Assembly (NCBI GenBank): GCA_964187785.1
Contig: OZ076409.1
Location: 6,202,001-6,266,000, forward strand
Reading direction: 5' to 3'
From: Amphiscolops sp. MND2022
Lineage: Eukaryota
DNA length: 64,000 nt
Positions 11,254 through 24,262 of this stretch are shown one piece after another. The notes below the pieces were generated by a model. It did not search any database and had not been told where the DNA came from. It saw only the letters and a program-made list of their open reading frames with translations. Position numbers and translations under genes: made by a program. Position 1 is the stretch's first letter. The number at the start of each line of letters is the position of its first letter.

Positions 11254-13390
11254 GTACAGATTACTATACCATGGTAAGTTGTTGTATGTTCGTTTCATCC
11301 AAGTGTCGTTTTCAAAAATCAACGCTTTTTTAGATTTACTTACACCAAGCTTCGGAATATCCTTCGCAGGTTGGTCATTTGTTTGTTTTTTTTATCAAAC
11401 AAAACAAACAGTTTTTTATGCAATTAAACATATTTTTTTTTGTTTTTTATTGTTTTTATGAATTTTCCACTTCGAATTGAAAAAAAGGATTTTATTGTTT
11501 CTTAATCTTTAATTACCTTAAATGTAAATTAAAGAAAATTATTTCTTGTTCAATTGGCGATACAAAAAGCAGAGTTTGGCTGCCATTTCGTTATCCAGTT
11601 GGCATCTCAGCTTTGAACGAATTGAACATAAACGAATTTTTGAACATAAACGATATATCACATTCAAAAAATAGGGGGTGAAAACAATCGAACATAAAAA
11701 ACAATAAATTATCTTATTCAAATCTCAAAATGTCAAAAAAAATGTTTTAAAACGTTTTTTATTGATGTTTTAAAACGTTTTTTATTGGCGTGTTTTAAAA
11801 CATTGTTTTAAAACATGCCAACCCTGATCATTTGAGGTGTAAATCAATATCATGATTAAATTATTATATGGTTTTGCAAAGTACTGACTACGTGAGACCT
11901 AGGAATGAAATCTAGATATATAAAGCAGAAATATATGAAGTTCAAAACCCAAAAACCTAATCTCAACTCTAGCCCAAAATTTTGATACCCCTAATCAGCG
12001 ATTTAGCGGCCGTGCAGAATTTTTTCAGCGTCTTTACCAGCGATTCAAATTAGCGGCCGCTAATAGATAGTTTGAATTCAAAAATTACTCCGAGTATACA
12101 CGGAGTTTCAAAGTGAATTTCGAAAAATTACCCTCTCACCCACGCAGAATAAAAAATATAGTACTGAACCCACGCGAGCAAAAAAAACTGAATTGGGTTA
12201 TCATCTAATTTTAAAACATACTTTAAGTCAAACGTTTAATAGCTTGAAGAAAAAGTATTTCAGGGAAAAAGCGATTTTGAAATTAGCGGTTTAGCAATTA
12301 GCGAAATAAATTAGCGATGTCAAAACCCTGCTTTGGCCCCGCTTATTTTTACGCAAATGATAATCACAACTTTATGCAAAACTGAAATTACTCATGACAT
12401 TTTTTTTCTTTTTGGACGACAGGAAATAAAGAAACCGAATAGACGACATATCAAAAATATCAAAAACAAAAATTGACAATTTGGACTTATAAATATTAGG
12501 TTTACCCAAGTTTCCATCGAACACGTACAAACACGCCAAAGTTTCGACAAAAAGATTTCATCTAAGAAAGTATTCAATCATAGAAAGCATCAAGAAAGAT
12601 CATCTACATTTATTTCTACGACTAGATTTAGCACCAGGAGAAGCAAAGTATGAAAATAGAAGGAAATTCCGGAGAATCAGCTTTTCTAATGCTGCGAAAT
12701 GAATTATGTTCAAGCTCCAATCTTTGCCGAGGCTGAACATCGTTTCTTCTGTGATTAGTCAGTCAATTCAAGTACACAAAACTCGACTCGCGACGTATTC
12801 TCGCACTTGCAGAATCGGGAAACCAAGACTCGACAAGATCGGCTTCAAAAGTTTCGCTCTAAGTTATTTGAGTGATGAGCATTTTATTTATAGCATCTAT
12901 CATTTCATACAGAGGAACAATCATTTAATCTAAATTGAAAGAAAGTTGATTTACCCATATGCAGCCAAATATTCAAGCAATGGTCGTCTTGAAGCTGTGA
13001 TTTTAGAGCGATTCATGAAAAGAAAAAAAAACAAAAATCAAATCTTACAAATTACCTACTTTGTTGTCATTTGGTCATTTTTGGACTAATTTTGGCTACG
13101 TTTCTCAGATCCCAGCCATACGATTTTGATGTCATTGCGCACGCAGGAGCACATTTGGGTGTAGAATGACTGTGGTAAAATTTAAACAATCGTATGGAGT
13201 TTTTGAGAAATTTGATATTCTCATTGAAAGGTCGGGAGAAAAAAGGTACGATTGCAGAAGTAGTCGAAAATTTTTTCCGACTCCTAAAAATAATTTTTCA
13301 TTCAAATTTCCAAAAGGGTTGCATGTTATATTCAATTCTTAATGCACATTTGATCATCACTGGATTGTTTGACTCGCGCCATCCGTCCGT

Positions 13391-13579
13391 TCACCCGTTC
13401 AGAGTGAGATCAATCTGATGTTGGTGGTGGTTGATGTTTTTGGAGAACAAGGGCAAGTTCAGACCCTTGGGGGCGTTGGCACGGGCGCATTTGGGATCCG
13501 TAAACTTCCGGGCAAGTTCTCGCTCGTCTTGCAGCATCTCGGGGTCTACTTTGCAGGGCATGCACACCGGAAAAGCTCC
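13391..13579 (-). CDS. EXD1: EXD1-like exon 8 (terminal; GAFPVCMPCK...DLTLNG*)
   Basis: cttttcag|GGA, phase 0; 62 codons to TGA at 13391-13393. A competing acceptor at 13622 would give G-stop. Confidence 0.65.
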   Translation of the reverse strand, partial: GAFPVCMPCKVDPEMLQDERELARKFTDPKCARANAPKGLNLPLFSKNINHHQHQIDLTLNG

Positions 13580-14416
13580 CTGAAAAGACCCAGAAATTTT
13601 AGGACCCCCATGTTTCTTAACCCTGGGGAAGCGGACGCGGGAAAAAGAAACAAGGTCCGAATAGCATTATATCGACATCGTTTGAATTGAATTTTTTTTT
13701 TGGGGGGGGGGGTCTTGGACAACTTACGAACAAATATCAAAAGTTGGTCCTTAGAGGTCCAGTAAAATTTCTACAACAGAAAATGTTCCAGTCACGATAC
13801 ATCATAAATTTTCTGGGATTTCAATTTTCGTACTTTGCGGAAGATGTCAATTTAGCAGCAACTTTTCACTGAAAGCATCCATATTTGAAGAGTACTAGGT
13901 AAACAAAGCGGATTTTTCCTACCGACTGCTTTGGTCTCCCCTACGTTTGGAAACAAAAAAATTTTGGTTCAGTGCAAGGCTTGAAACTCCAGTTGGTTGC
14001 AAAATATGAAAAAATTAAAGACGGACCTTTGGGGGATCTTAAAAAAATTTTAATAAGATTTTTGAACAGTGTCACGGTGCCGAAAAATGTAAAAAGGGGG
14101 CATCCTATGTTTTCGAGGTTCTGTACGCCGATGTTTTTGTTTTGGACGAGGTTCTGGCGTTTCGAGTATGTTTTGGAGGTCCGTAGTTTAAGTTGATGAT
14201 GTTGAACAAATGAACAAAAAAGTGGACCGATCGCGTTGAACTGGCGAAAAAAACTAGCCACTGTATGAGTCGTGCATTTTCTTCGAAAACGCCGACTAAA
14301 AAACACCCACTGTAACAGTCGGGCACTTTTCATAGGATAAGCGCCGACTAAAAACATGTAAAAACTGTCGAGAAACATGTAAAATTCAGATAAAATACGC
14401 GAGCCTCACCACTGAC

Positions 14417-14584
14417 CTTGTGTTTTTGGAACTGTGTGAGTCTGGTGTTGATGAGAAGAGCGCACTTGGCGTTGATTCTGTCTTGCTGCACCTTGTACAG
14501 AGGTACCAAATGCTTCGTCTCCGCCTCCGCAACCTTCCAGTAGTTGGCAGCCAGAGGACGATCCAGCCAACCCGAGTAGTCACT
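14417..14584 (-). CDS. EXD1: EXD1-like exon 7 (SDYSGWLDRPLAANYWKVAEAETKHLVPLY...)
   Basis: tttttccag|AGT...AAG|gtcagt; 168 nt. W..RP / E...L.PL ExoIII region of the EXD1 family. Confidence 0.88.
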
Positions 14585-15142
14585 CTGGAAAAATAAACCA
14601 AAAGTGCGCAATATTAGGGTGATGCCGAAAACGTCAACATCCAGAACTCTGGAAATACCAGGGAAAACTGCGCAATATAGTAGAGCGACAATTCGTCCCA
14701 TTTTGAGCAAGTTACAATTCGTCCCAATTTTTAAAAGCTGCAATTTGTCCCCAATTCAATCGCCAATTAATACTTCTGTGATTATGAATCCGGAAATATT
14801 ACTTTTAGAGACAGGCCCCAACAATTAACACCCATTGATAGGGCCTCATTTTGGCGCTTAAATGTATTCAGTTGTAAGTGGTTTGTTCAATACTTTGATT
14901 TCAATCTTCCAAGGTTGTTAATTAGCTGATCAATTAAACAATTTGGGACGAAATGTCGCTTTTTACAAATGGGACAAACTCTCTTCAAAATGGGACGAAT
15001 GATCGCTTTTGGGACGAATTGTCGCCCAACCACACAAAATTGGGGTGCTGCCGAAAACCATCTTCAAAAAACTACTCACTTTCTAGGCCTTATTCAAGGT
15101 TTTCTATCAAAAGTTTTTCAAACTGTTTAAACTGTCGATTCG

Positions 15143-15470
15143 TGCCCGTTGGGATCTTGTTTAATATTTTTTCTTGACTTTCAAATTCACGTTGTTGGTA
15201 CCCAATGGAATGATGGCCCAGTGTTCAAAGGGGCAATTTTAAGACTGAATGATGAGATAGTGTCAATTCGCTGCAAGCTGCAACCTCCTTGTAGTGTTAG
15301 TAACGGTCCCTGCATATATGAAATTGGACGGATTTACAAAACAAAACACCAAATTTCGTTAGAAAAAAGGCCAAAGAATTGACGTTCAGGATATGCACCC
15401 ACTTGGGATTGTCATTATTCACGGCAGTCTTCCCGTGCCGCATACTGTTGCCGCAATGGAAGACTCGTAA
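15143..15470 (-). mobile_element. 3' fragment of a CRE-clade element (ORF end ...GRLP* plus structured 3' UTR)
   Basis: Minus strand reads GGGACCGTTACTAACAC...GGAGGTTGCAGCTTGCAGCGAATTGACAC, matching the 3' UTR at 31198-31250; C-terminus resembles ...GRLS* of the 27.5-31 kb element. Confidence 0.65.
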
Positions 15471-15904
15471 TTTATGATTGAGATTGAAGTGGTCACGTCT
15501 TTCAAAACTTTCGAAAAATTCAACAAAGGTTTGTATTTCTATAGTTGCACCTAAACCCGTCTCCGTTTTCTCCAAGGTAAGAGTCATTTCAGTATTACAA
15601 TGGAAATAATTTCGAGTTTTAAAAATGAAAGATAAGGATCCTGAACAAATTTGACAGCTTCATTTTTTTCGTTCACGCTAACATACGATTTTGCGGCGAA
15701 ATTCATTTTTGCGAATCAGAATTAAACCGGAAGTGAGCTGAATAAAATTTTTAAAAAGACTTTTCAATGTTAAAAAAGGAGATTAATTTTTTGAAACTAC
15801 GTGAAATGTTTCATCAGAAACTCAATTGAAGGCAAATTAATTGCTGAAACAATATCATCAAGAAAAGTGTGAGGAGGAAAAAGTTCCATAAAATCAAAAC
15901 AAAC

Positions 15905-16042
15905 CTCAGACTTGAAGCAGTAATTGGGGAAAGATTCAAACTGCAGAGGTAAATAGTAACGCAACAAAGTCCGTAACCCATAGTATTGATCAGGCACCAC
16001 GTTGTCCAAGTCAAATCCGGCTGCGAGGTACCCGTCAACTAC
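15905..16042 (-). CDS. EXD1: EXD1-like exon 6 (VVDGYLAAGF...LRTLLRYYLP...FKSE)
   Basis: gttgacag|GTA...GAG|gtttgt; 138 nt, phase 0/0; continues the VFDPQ|VVD motif. Confidence 0.85.
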
Positions 16043-16525
16043 CTGTCAACACCAACTTATAATCAATTCCAACTTCCTTTGAACCGACCATGAAGTTGAG
16101 TATGAGCAACAAAAGAAACTTGATATTTTCCGATTCGAAGGTAATATGATTATAATGAAAAATTTTAGCACCAAGAATGCTAATTGCAGTAGTTTAGCGT
16201 CTTCTAATCGTCCATCACGCTTCCATCAGTGGAGCCCACTAAAGGCTCGAAAAGAGCAAAAATTTTGAAATTTGCTCTGGACTTTTTCTGAATGAAATGT
16301 TACTTTGTTTTGAACACATTCAATCACATTTGATTAGAAGCGATGAAATCAGCTCAAAAGTTAGAGAGGGACTTTGTATTGGAGCTTTGATGACTGTGTA
16401 AATGGGCGCTTTTATCTGTACACGGTATATATAGTGAAACTAGATGGAAAACGCGGCTGATAGTAATGTCTTTTCGACTTGGAATTGGCGGAAAATAAGG
16501 ATTTCATTTCGGGTTAAGTGTTAAC

Positions 16526-16758
16526 CTGGGGGTCAAAAACATTAGCGATATTGATGCTGAAACTATCTCTGAGCACTTCGTGAACAATGCCACACTCCAG
16601 ACACACTTTGAGCACATTGCGACTTTCCAGGAGTTCTTGGAAGCAGTCTCGAATAAAGCCGTAGCTGGCTCCACACGAGAGAAAGTCGATGAGAACAGTG
16701 GTCTCTGGCGTGGAAAAACAAATGAGAGAGACACGCGCAGGTATTTTCCGGAGATCTC
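16526..16758 (-). CDS. EXD1: EXD1-like exon 5 (exonuclease core: LLESRNVLKVCLEC...INIANVFDPQ)
   Basis: tctttcag|GA GAT...CAG|gttaac; phase 1/0. Matches the DnaQ-like LE...+LKV.HD...N+FDTQ pattern of EXD1/Egalitarian. Confidence 0.9.
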
Positions 16759-16793
16759 CTGAAAGACGACAAGGGAAAAGACCTAGTTCTAAC

Positions 16794-19525
16794 CAGTGAT
16801 GTACATTTAGATATTGAACTTGAGATTAATTTACACTATCATTTAAATTTCAATTGATTTGAAAATGCTGGTAATATTGAGCAATTCAAATTGCCAATTT
16901 AGATTTAAATATTGAAGAAATGTATTGTTTTTCTCCACAAATTTTGAAAGCGTATAATAACGGCAGTAAATCGTTGTGAATTCGCTCGCGGGTCGGAATA
17001 GCAGCGGTCGGAACAGTTGAGAAAATAGCAGCAGCCATTGGTGTTTGGCGAACCCTCGCGAGCAATTGCCGAAGGAGGAAAGCGTATAATAACGGCAGTA
17101 AATCGTTGTGAATTCGCTCGCGTGTCGGAATAGCAGCGGTCGGAACAGTTGAGAAAATAGCAGCAGCCATTGGTGTTTGGCGAACCCTCGCGAGCAATTG
17201 CCGAAGGAGGAAAGCGTATAATAACGGCAGTAAATCGTTGTGAATTCGCTCGCGTGTCGAAATAGCAGCGGTCGGAACAGTTGAGAAAATAGCAGCAGCC
17301 ATTGGTGTTTGGCGAACCCTCGCGAGCAATTGCCGAAGGAGGAAAGCGTATAATAACGGCAGTAAATCGTTGTGAATTCGCTCCTCGCGTGTCGGAATAG
17401 CAGCGGTCGGAACAGTTGAGAAAGTAGCAGCAGCAGCTATTGGTGTTTGGCGAACCCTCGCAAGCAATTGCCGAAGGAGGAAAGCGTATAATAACGGCAG
17501 TAAATCGTTGTGAATTCGCTCGCGTGTCGGAATAGCAACGGTCGGAACAGTTGAGAAAATAGCAGCAGCCATTGGTGTTTGGCGAACCCTCGCAAGCAAT
17601 TGCCGAAGGAGGAAAGCGTATAATAACGGCAGTAAATCGTTGTGAATTCGCTCCTCGCGTGTCGGAATAGCAGCGGTCGGAACAGTTGAGAAAATAGCAG
17701 CAGCAGCTATTGGTGTTTGGCGAACCCTCGCGAGCAATTGCCGAAGGAGGAAAGCGTATAATAACGGCAGTAAATCGTTGTGAATTCGCTCCTCGCGTGT
17801 CGGAATAGCAGCGGTCGGAACAGTTGAGAAAGTAGCAGCAGCAGCTATTGGTGTTTGGCGAACCCTCGCAAGCAATTGCCGAAGGAGGAAAGCGTATAAT
17901 AACGGCAGTAAATCGTTGTGAATTCGCTCGCGTGTCGGAATAGCAGCGGTCGGAACAGTTGAGAAAATAGCAGCAGCCATTGGTGTTTGGCGAACCCTCG
18001 CGAGCAATTGCCGAAGGAGGAAAGCGTATAATAACGGCAGTAAATCGTTGTGAATTCGCTCGCGTGTCGGAATAGCAGCGGTGCAGTTGAGAAAATAGCA
18101 GCAGCAGCTATTGGTGTTTGGCGAACCCTCGCGAGCAATTGCCGAAGGAGGAAAGCGTATAATAACGGCAGTAAATCGTTGTGAATTCGCTCGCGTGTCG
18201 GAATAGCAGCGGTCGGAACAGTTGAGAAAATAGCAGCAGCAGCTATTGGTGTTTGGCGAACCCTCGCGAGCAATTGCCGAAGGAGAGAAAATAGCAGCAG
18301 CAGCTATTGGTGTTTGGCGAACCCTCGCGAGCAATTGCCGAAGGAGGAAAGCGTATAATAACGGCAGTAAATCGTTGTGAATTCGCTCCTCGCGTGTCGG
18401 AATAGCAGCGGTGCAGTTGAGAAAATAGCAGCAGCAGCTATTGGTGTTTGGTGAACCCTCGCGAGCAATTGCCGAAGGAGGAAAGCGTATAATAACGGCA
18501 GTAAATCGTTGTGAATTCGCTCCTCGCGTGTCGGAATAGCAGCGGTCGGAACAGTTGAGAAAGTAGCAGCAGCAGCTATTGGTGTTTGGCGAACCCTCGC
18601 AAGCAATTGCCGAAGGAGGAAAGCGTATAATAACGGCAGTAAATCGTTGTGAATTCGCTCGCGTGTCGGAATAGCAGCGGTCGGAACAGTTGAGAAAATA
18701 GCAGCAGCCATTGGTGTTTGGCGAACCCTCGCGAGCAATTGCCGAAGGAGGAAAGCGTATAATAACGGCAGTAAATCGTTGTGAATTCGCTCGCGTGTCG
18801 GAATAGCAGCGGTGCAGTTGAGAAAATAGCAGCAGCAGCTATTGGTGTTTGGCGAACCCTCGCGAGCAATTGCCGAAGGAGGAAAGCGTATAATAACGGC
18901 AGTAAATCGTTGTGAATTCGCTCGCGTGTCGGAATAGCAGCGGTCGGAACAGTTGAGAAAATAGCAGCAGCAGCTATTGGTGTTTGGCGAACCCTCGCGA
19001 GCAATTGCCGAAGGAGAGAAAATAGCAGCAGCAGCTATTGGTGTTTGGCGAACCCTCGCGAGCAATTGCCGAAGGAGGAAAGCGTATAATAACGGCAGTA
19101 AATCGTTGTGAATTCGCTCCTCGCGTGTCGGAATAGCAGCGGTGCAGTTGAGAAAATAGCAGCAGCAGCTATTGGTGTTTGGTGAACCCTCGCGAGCAAT
19201 TGCCGAAGGAGGAAAGCGTATAATAACGGCAGTAAATCGTTGTGAATTCGCTCCTCGCGTGTCGGAATAGCAGCGGTCGGAACAGTTGAGAAAGTAGCAG
19301 CAGCAGCTATTGGTGTTTGGCGAACCCTCGCGAGCAATTGCCGAAGGAGACTCCTTCTGAAAATCTAGTTCTTTCACAGAGAGCCAAAAGACCACCACCT
19401 AATCAGCGTTATAACCATCAAACGTGTTGGGACCTTCAAAAATTTATTTCCCTGTCCAATTTAAATTTCAATTAATATTTTTGCTCAATTCAAATTTCAA
19501 TTGAAAAAAATAATGAACATCACCG
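16794..19525. mobile_element. Non-autonomous hAT element containing a tandem array, in EXD1 intron 4
   Basis: Perfect 8-bp TSD GTTCTAAC (16786-16793, 19526-19533); TIRs CAGTGATGTACATT / CGGTGATGTTCATT. Confidence 0.85.
16946..19349. repeat. Tandem array of a ~132-bp CpG-rich unit: 17 full and 2 partial (61 bp) units, with a 731-bp higher-order repeat
   Basis: Unit starts (gaaagcgtataataac) at 16946, 17078, 17210, 17342, 17480, 17612, 17750...19212. Blocks 17750-18480 and 18481-19211 share the same variant order. Confidence 0.97.
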
Positions 19526-19932
19526 GTTCTAACATATTGAGATGCAATTATAGCAAACGCCGCTGGACAAAAGTCAAAACATTTTGGTCCAAACTAACTG
19601 AATCAACCAATTAATCTTTCAAAGGTAATTGAAATCGGTTTCGGGACAAACACCAAATTTGCATCTCCGACAACAGACAGGAAGTATAAGACCAGACAAA
19701 AAAGTATAAGCACTCGATTAGATCCTTTCATTTTTTTGGTTCATAAAACCCAACAGATGTTTTAGTTCTCTTCTTGAAACTAATATACTTGGAACTAAAA
19801 TATCATTGCGTATAAAGCTTTGAAAATTGACTTCAATAAATTCACAGAGCAATGAGAAACTTCATTTTGAGACCGTAGCACTTGAAGGTTCTTTCTTACA
19901 GACAGTTTATCGCTTCTCAAAAAAACTCTTAC

Positions 19933-20282
19933 CTTGCAAACTGAATCCGACCACAGATTGACCGGCCAATTTTGAACACGCTTGTACCAGCTCAAACTGA
20001 TTGGTCACATGGATAATACTTCCAATACTTTCTTGGGTACTGTTTTCAGATTCAGAAGAAACCCTCCGACTTTCCGGGGCGGCGTTAATTGGGCTGTCTT
20101 CTTCCATAGCTCCGCCGCCGCACGAGAAAACCCCAGATGGCTGTTTACGGATGTTTTTGTCGCCAAGCGAATGGTCTCTCATGAGTTCACAGATTCCTGA
20201 GGGGGGTAAGCGGGTTCGCAATCGGCTCAAATGTCGGGGCTGCTGGTCCGGTTCAAACTTCCGGCCTCTGAGATTTCTGAAC
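19933..20282 (-). CDS. EXD1: EXD1-like exon 4 (linker plus ExoI region IIHVTNQFELVQACSKLAGQSVVGFSLQ-G)
   Basis: tttacttcag|G TTC...CAA G|gtaaga; 350 nt, phase 2/1, consistent with both neighbours. Confidence 0.85.
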
Positions 20283-21047
20283 CTGAAGTAAAAAGTTACT
20301 AACAAACCAGAGTTTTGCCACCACTATTTAGCGACCGCTATGAAAGTTTTCAGCGATTTCATCAGCGGTTCAAATTAGCGGTAACTAATAGAATGTCACA
20401 ATTTGAAACTTCCTGAGTATACACCAAGTTTCAAAATAGGCCCCTCCGGGGCACATTATTATTTCTGCTTTAATATTTCATTAATGATAGAATCATATCT
20501 GGAATACCAATACACTCCTGTTTTATCATAATTTAGCGCAAAATTAATCACTGTACAAGTTTACGGTGAATTCCCAATTCACAAGAGAAAATAACAAAAA
20601 CAAATTTAGTTTCAAATAACTCAAAAATGAAATGAGTTTCACTAAACATAAAAATTGTTTACGAGAAAGTTTTACTGGTCCAAATCATTCACAATTCAAA
20701 AGATTCACTGAAAAAAATATGAAAATTACAAAGAAAATTTCGTAAGATCGATTGTTTAACCGGGCATTCGGTTTTATTTTTATTTGCAACTAATTTCATT
20801 TTTGTTATTTGAAACTAATTTTGTTTTTATGTTATTTGCTCTTATGTTATTTGGTACGTAATCCAAATTTACACCGCCTTTAATTCTTCTCGGACTAAAG
20901 GAAATATAACTACTAAGCGTAGACTAAGTTTCGCATTCGCATTTGAATGCAGGCGAAGTTCTCAACGAACGAATAATTAACGCATATTTACGAACATTCG
21001 CTCGCTTCATCTCAATGACATCAGCGTACGAATGCATTACTATCACT

Positions 21048-22279
21048 TAGAGCCAATAATAATATGTAATTACATAACCGAATATGTAATACATATTCAG
21101 GCGTCTAATCGGAAACAAATATTTGCTACATGTATAACGAGCCAATAACTAACGCCAAATCAAGCTGTTAATACGGGGTAAGCAAATCCAACTAAGATAA
21201 ACACTGACAAGTGAACTACAATAAGATATTACATCGACATCAAGATGCCGAAAAGTGCTTTAACTAACGCTGAAAAGGCCGATACCTATGCAAGAGAATT
21301 CAAATGCCTAACAAGGCGTGAACAAAAATTATTTGTACCCTATGATCTACTGAAATTTCTTATGGAATGCGAAGCCAGGTAATTCAGCAGATAAAAACTG
21401 AGAGACACAAGAGCAAGCAGCAACTATCGGAGCGACAAACTTTACTATCCAACTGTCCTCAGACAAATTACTTTGCCATAGACTTGTGTAATGCATTTTT
21501 ATCGGCTAATATACCAATGGAAAAATTAGGGAACACCCAAATGAAAGCCTTCCTCGAAAAATACACCAAAAATGTTATTCCAACACCATTAAAAATCAGA
21601 AACAATTATATTTCTTCGTCATATGAAAAAAATTGGGAAATTTGCGTCTCGCTGTAGCCAATCATCCTTTCTCTGTATCTAGTGATGAAACCACTGACGT
21701 TTGTCGCCGGTATGTGGCAAATATCGTTCTAAAAGATATGGTTTAGAAAACATTAAACACTAGAAAACATTACCTTGCCCATACCGAATACATAGACGCA
21801 ACTAATTTTTCGTCGATTGCTACGTGTTTGATGAATGGCCTTCAACTAATTTATCCAAATGGAGTGAGTACAAATTTTGATCATAAAAAAACGACGACTT
21901 AAACTAGGATGATAAATCGAATATTCCCATTAACTAGAGACCGATTGGGAGCGAATACCCCATTTCCCGCGGTCCGCACTCTAAACGGGTCACGAGGGGA
22001 TACTTTTAGCGACAATGGGTTGATAAAAGTGATAGTGGTAGCAAAAACTAAATTATGAAATTGTACAATGTGCTCTATTGCAGAAGGGGTCTGCTGTCAG
22101 GAAATCATTTCCAGTTGTTGACGCTTTAGTTTTTGGAACTCTGATCTTTAGTAATTTCGCATATAAGGTATTGCAAAATTCAATGTTTGAAAGCACATTT
22201 TCTTACATATTCGACCTATTTTAGGCACAAATTATATTACATATTTCAAATTTTTAAGCACATATTATCATCGGCTCTA
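21048..22279 (+). mobile_element. Internally deleted hAT element with CGGBP1-like transposase remnant (21246-~21870)
   Basis: TIR TAGAGCC(A/G)AT(A/G)ATAATATG; 8-bp TSD CTATCACT/TTATCACT. Frameshifted peptides DLCNAFLSANIP..KL....MKAFLEKYT and SVSSDETTD...YVAN. Confidence 0.8.
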
Positions 22280-22483
22280 TTATCACTCGCTCGTTCCATT
22301 GCACGAGAATTGAAATGTCGGCAGCTTCAGAATGTTAATTCTCACGCTTATAGTCACTGCCGAACAAATATCTGAATTATTCAGTATCACGACAAGAATT
22401 GTACTGAACAAAAGTAGACATCTTGGGGGATTTCAATAATATTCCTGCTATCGCAGAAATAATAACCAGAGCCGCATATGCGG

Positions 22484-22995
22484 TAAAGGAGTCGGCTTAA
22501 GTCTTTTTCCTTCTGACTCGCTTTCGTTCGAATCGTATGAACAGTTTGTAAGAAAATCGAAAAAAGTCGAAAAATGGCTGTTTTTTTGGCCATTTTTGGG
22601 CTAAATTTGACTGTTTCTCACATCCCAGCCATACGATTTTGATGCCATTGCACATATAGGACTCTAATATGGTGTAGAATGACTGCAAAAAATTTCGTTC
22701 GAATCGTATGGACAGTTTCTGAGAAAATCGAAAAAAGTCGAAAAATGGCTGTTTTTTGGCCATTTTTGGGCTAATTTTGGCTATGTTTCTCACATCCCAG
22801 CCATACGATTTTGATGCCTTTGCACACGCAGGGGCCCCTTTGGGTGTAGAATGACTGTGCAAAATTTCGTGAAAATCGTATGGACAGTTTTTGAGAAATT
22901 TGAAATTTTCATGAAAAGGTCGGGAGAAAAAAAATCAAAAAAAAACAGCACGATTGCATAAGTAGTCGAAAATTTTTTCCGACTCCTAAAAATGA
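22484..22995. repeat. Interspersed repeat with an internal ~170-bp tandem duplication; related copy at ~13080-13300
   Basis: cccagccatacgattttgatg occurs at ~22624, ~22795 and ~13111; shared agtagtcgaaaattttttccgactcctaaaaa end. Confidence 0.7.
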
Positions 22996-23540
22996 TATTA
23001 GAAAAATTCAAACTCTTACCCTAGTAAATCCCACACAGTTTCCAGTCTGTTTTTCTTAAAATTAATTAGGTTCATTTCAATTTTAAAAGATGCTTGATGT
23101 CAAACATTGAATAGCTTGGAGAAACACCTTTTCAGCGAAATAGGGACTCTTAAATTAGCGGAAAAATTAGCCATGTCAAAAGCTTGCCATAAACAGCATA
23201 ATCGAATGTTTTGTAGGCAAGCATGTGCAACTAATTTATCAGATCGAATCTCGCCAAAGAATTAATCTCAGATTGACATTTTGGTATGCGAAAACCAAAA
23301 CGTGAACCAAACTTCTGAATTAATTCGCTCATGCCAAGTATCTAAATCAAGGAAGTCCCAATTCATTCTTCAAAGGTAACTCAAACCGGTTTCTGGATAA
23401 ACACCAAATCTACATGAACAAAGGTATCACACTCCTGTACCAACAACAATGAGACCAGACAAAAATAGTATCAATACTCGATCAGATCTTTTCCAGTTTT
23501 TCCGTCCATAAAACCCAAGAAAAAAGGAATGGGAACTAAC

Positions 23541-23733
23541 AAAGCAGACGATCTCTGTTCAACGACATTTTCGGGAATAACCATGGGCTTGTCTTCAAAC
23601 GTTTGTTCAATGTTATCTGCAGCCTCGGATGCTCTGTCATTGCAGCTTTCTTCGTGTTCAGAAACACCGGCAACACTTTGTGATCTGCCTCTAGGACGAC
23701 AAGCGGGTTTAGTCTTCTCTTCGATTGGTAACA
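23541..23733 (-). CDS. EXD1: EXD1-like exon 3 (low-complexity linker)
   Basis: tttcatttcag|TG TTA...GCT TT|gttagt; 193 nt, phase 1/2, joining exons 2 and 4 in frame. Confidence 0.78.
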
Positions 23734-23897
23734 CTGAAATGAAACAAATTGGTTCAGTTCCCAGACAAACACTACAATGGGTCCCAGAATCTTGAATCAA
23801 GACTGCTAAGGTGTTTCATTCTGTCAGGACACTTGCTACTAAGCGATTTGCTACTAGGTAATTTGCTATTAGGACTTTTGTTGTGCTTATTAGACTA

Positions 23898-24262
23898 CTC
23901 TGTTGTGCTTAATAAGAGGGGGGGGGTACCTACTACTGTCTCGGCCTGAAAATCAGGGACCCCCCCCCCTCTAATTATGACCCCCCTGGTAGCAAACACG
24001 AAAGAAAAAAAAGCTCACGCCCAGGTTCGAACCAAACAAACTGATCTCGGAAATCAATCAACAAAGACGAAAATTCAGAAAGCCGGCCGGAAAATAACTG
24101 TTTTGTTTTGTATAAACATTTGTAGTGTAAGAGATGCGTTTCAGTTTAATTTTTCTGCTTTAAAAAATGTTTTCTAGAATTCAGGAGCTGTTTAGACCCC
24201 CTCTTACTGTCCGCCAGAAATTTACTAGACACCCCCCCCCCCTCTTATTAAGCACAACAGAG
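23898..24262. mobile_element. Tc1/mariner-type MITE
   Basis: TIR CTCTGTTGTGCTTAATAAGAGGGGGGGG; TA on both sides (23896-23897, 24263-24264). Confidence 0.85.

Noticed and set aside
16886..19398. Long minus-strand ORFs (482 aa, 364 aa) in the tandem array, and the array as a CRISPR-like locus
   Set aside because: The ORFs arise because the 132/135/138-bp units are multiples of 3 and lack stops; frames shift at variant units. There are no unique spacers, no cas genes, and the context is a eukaryotic intron.
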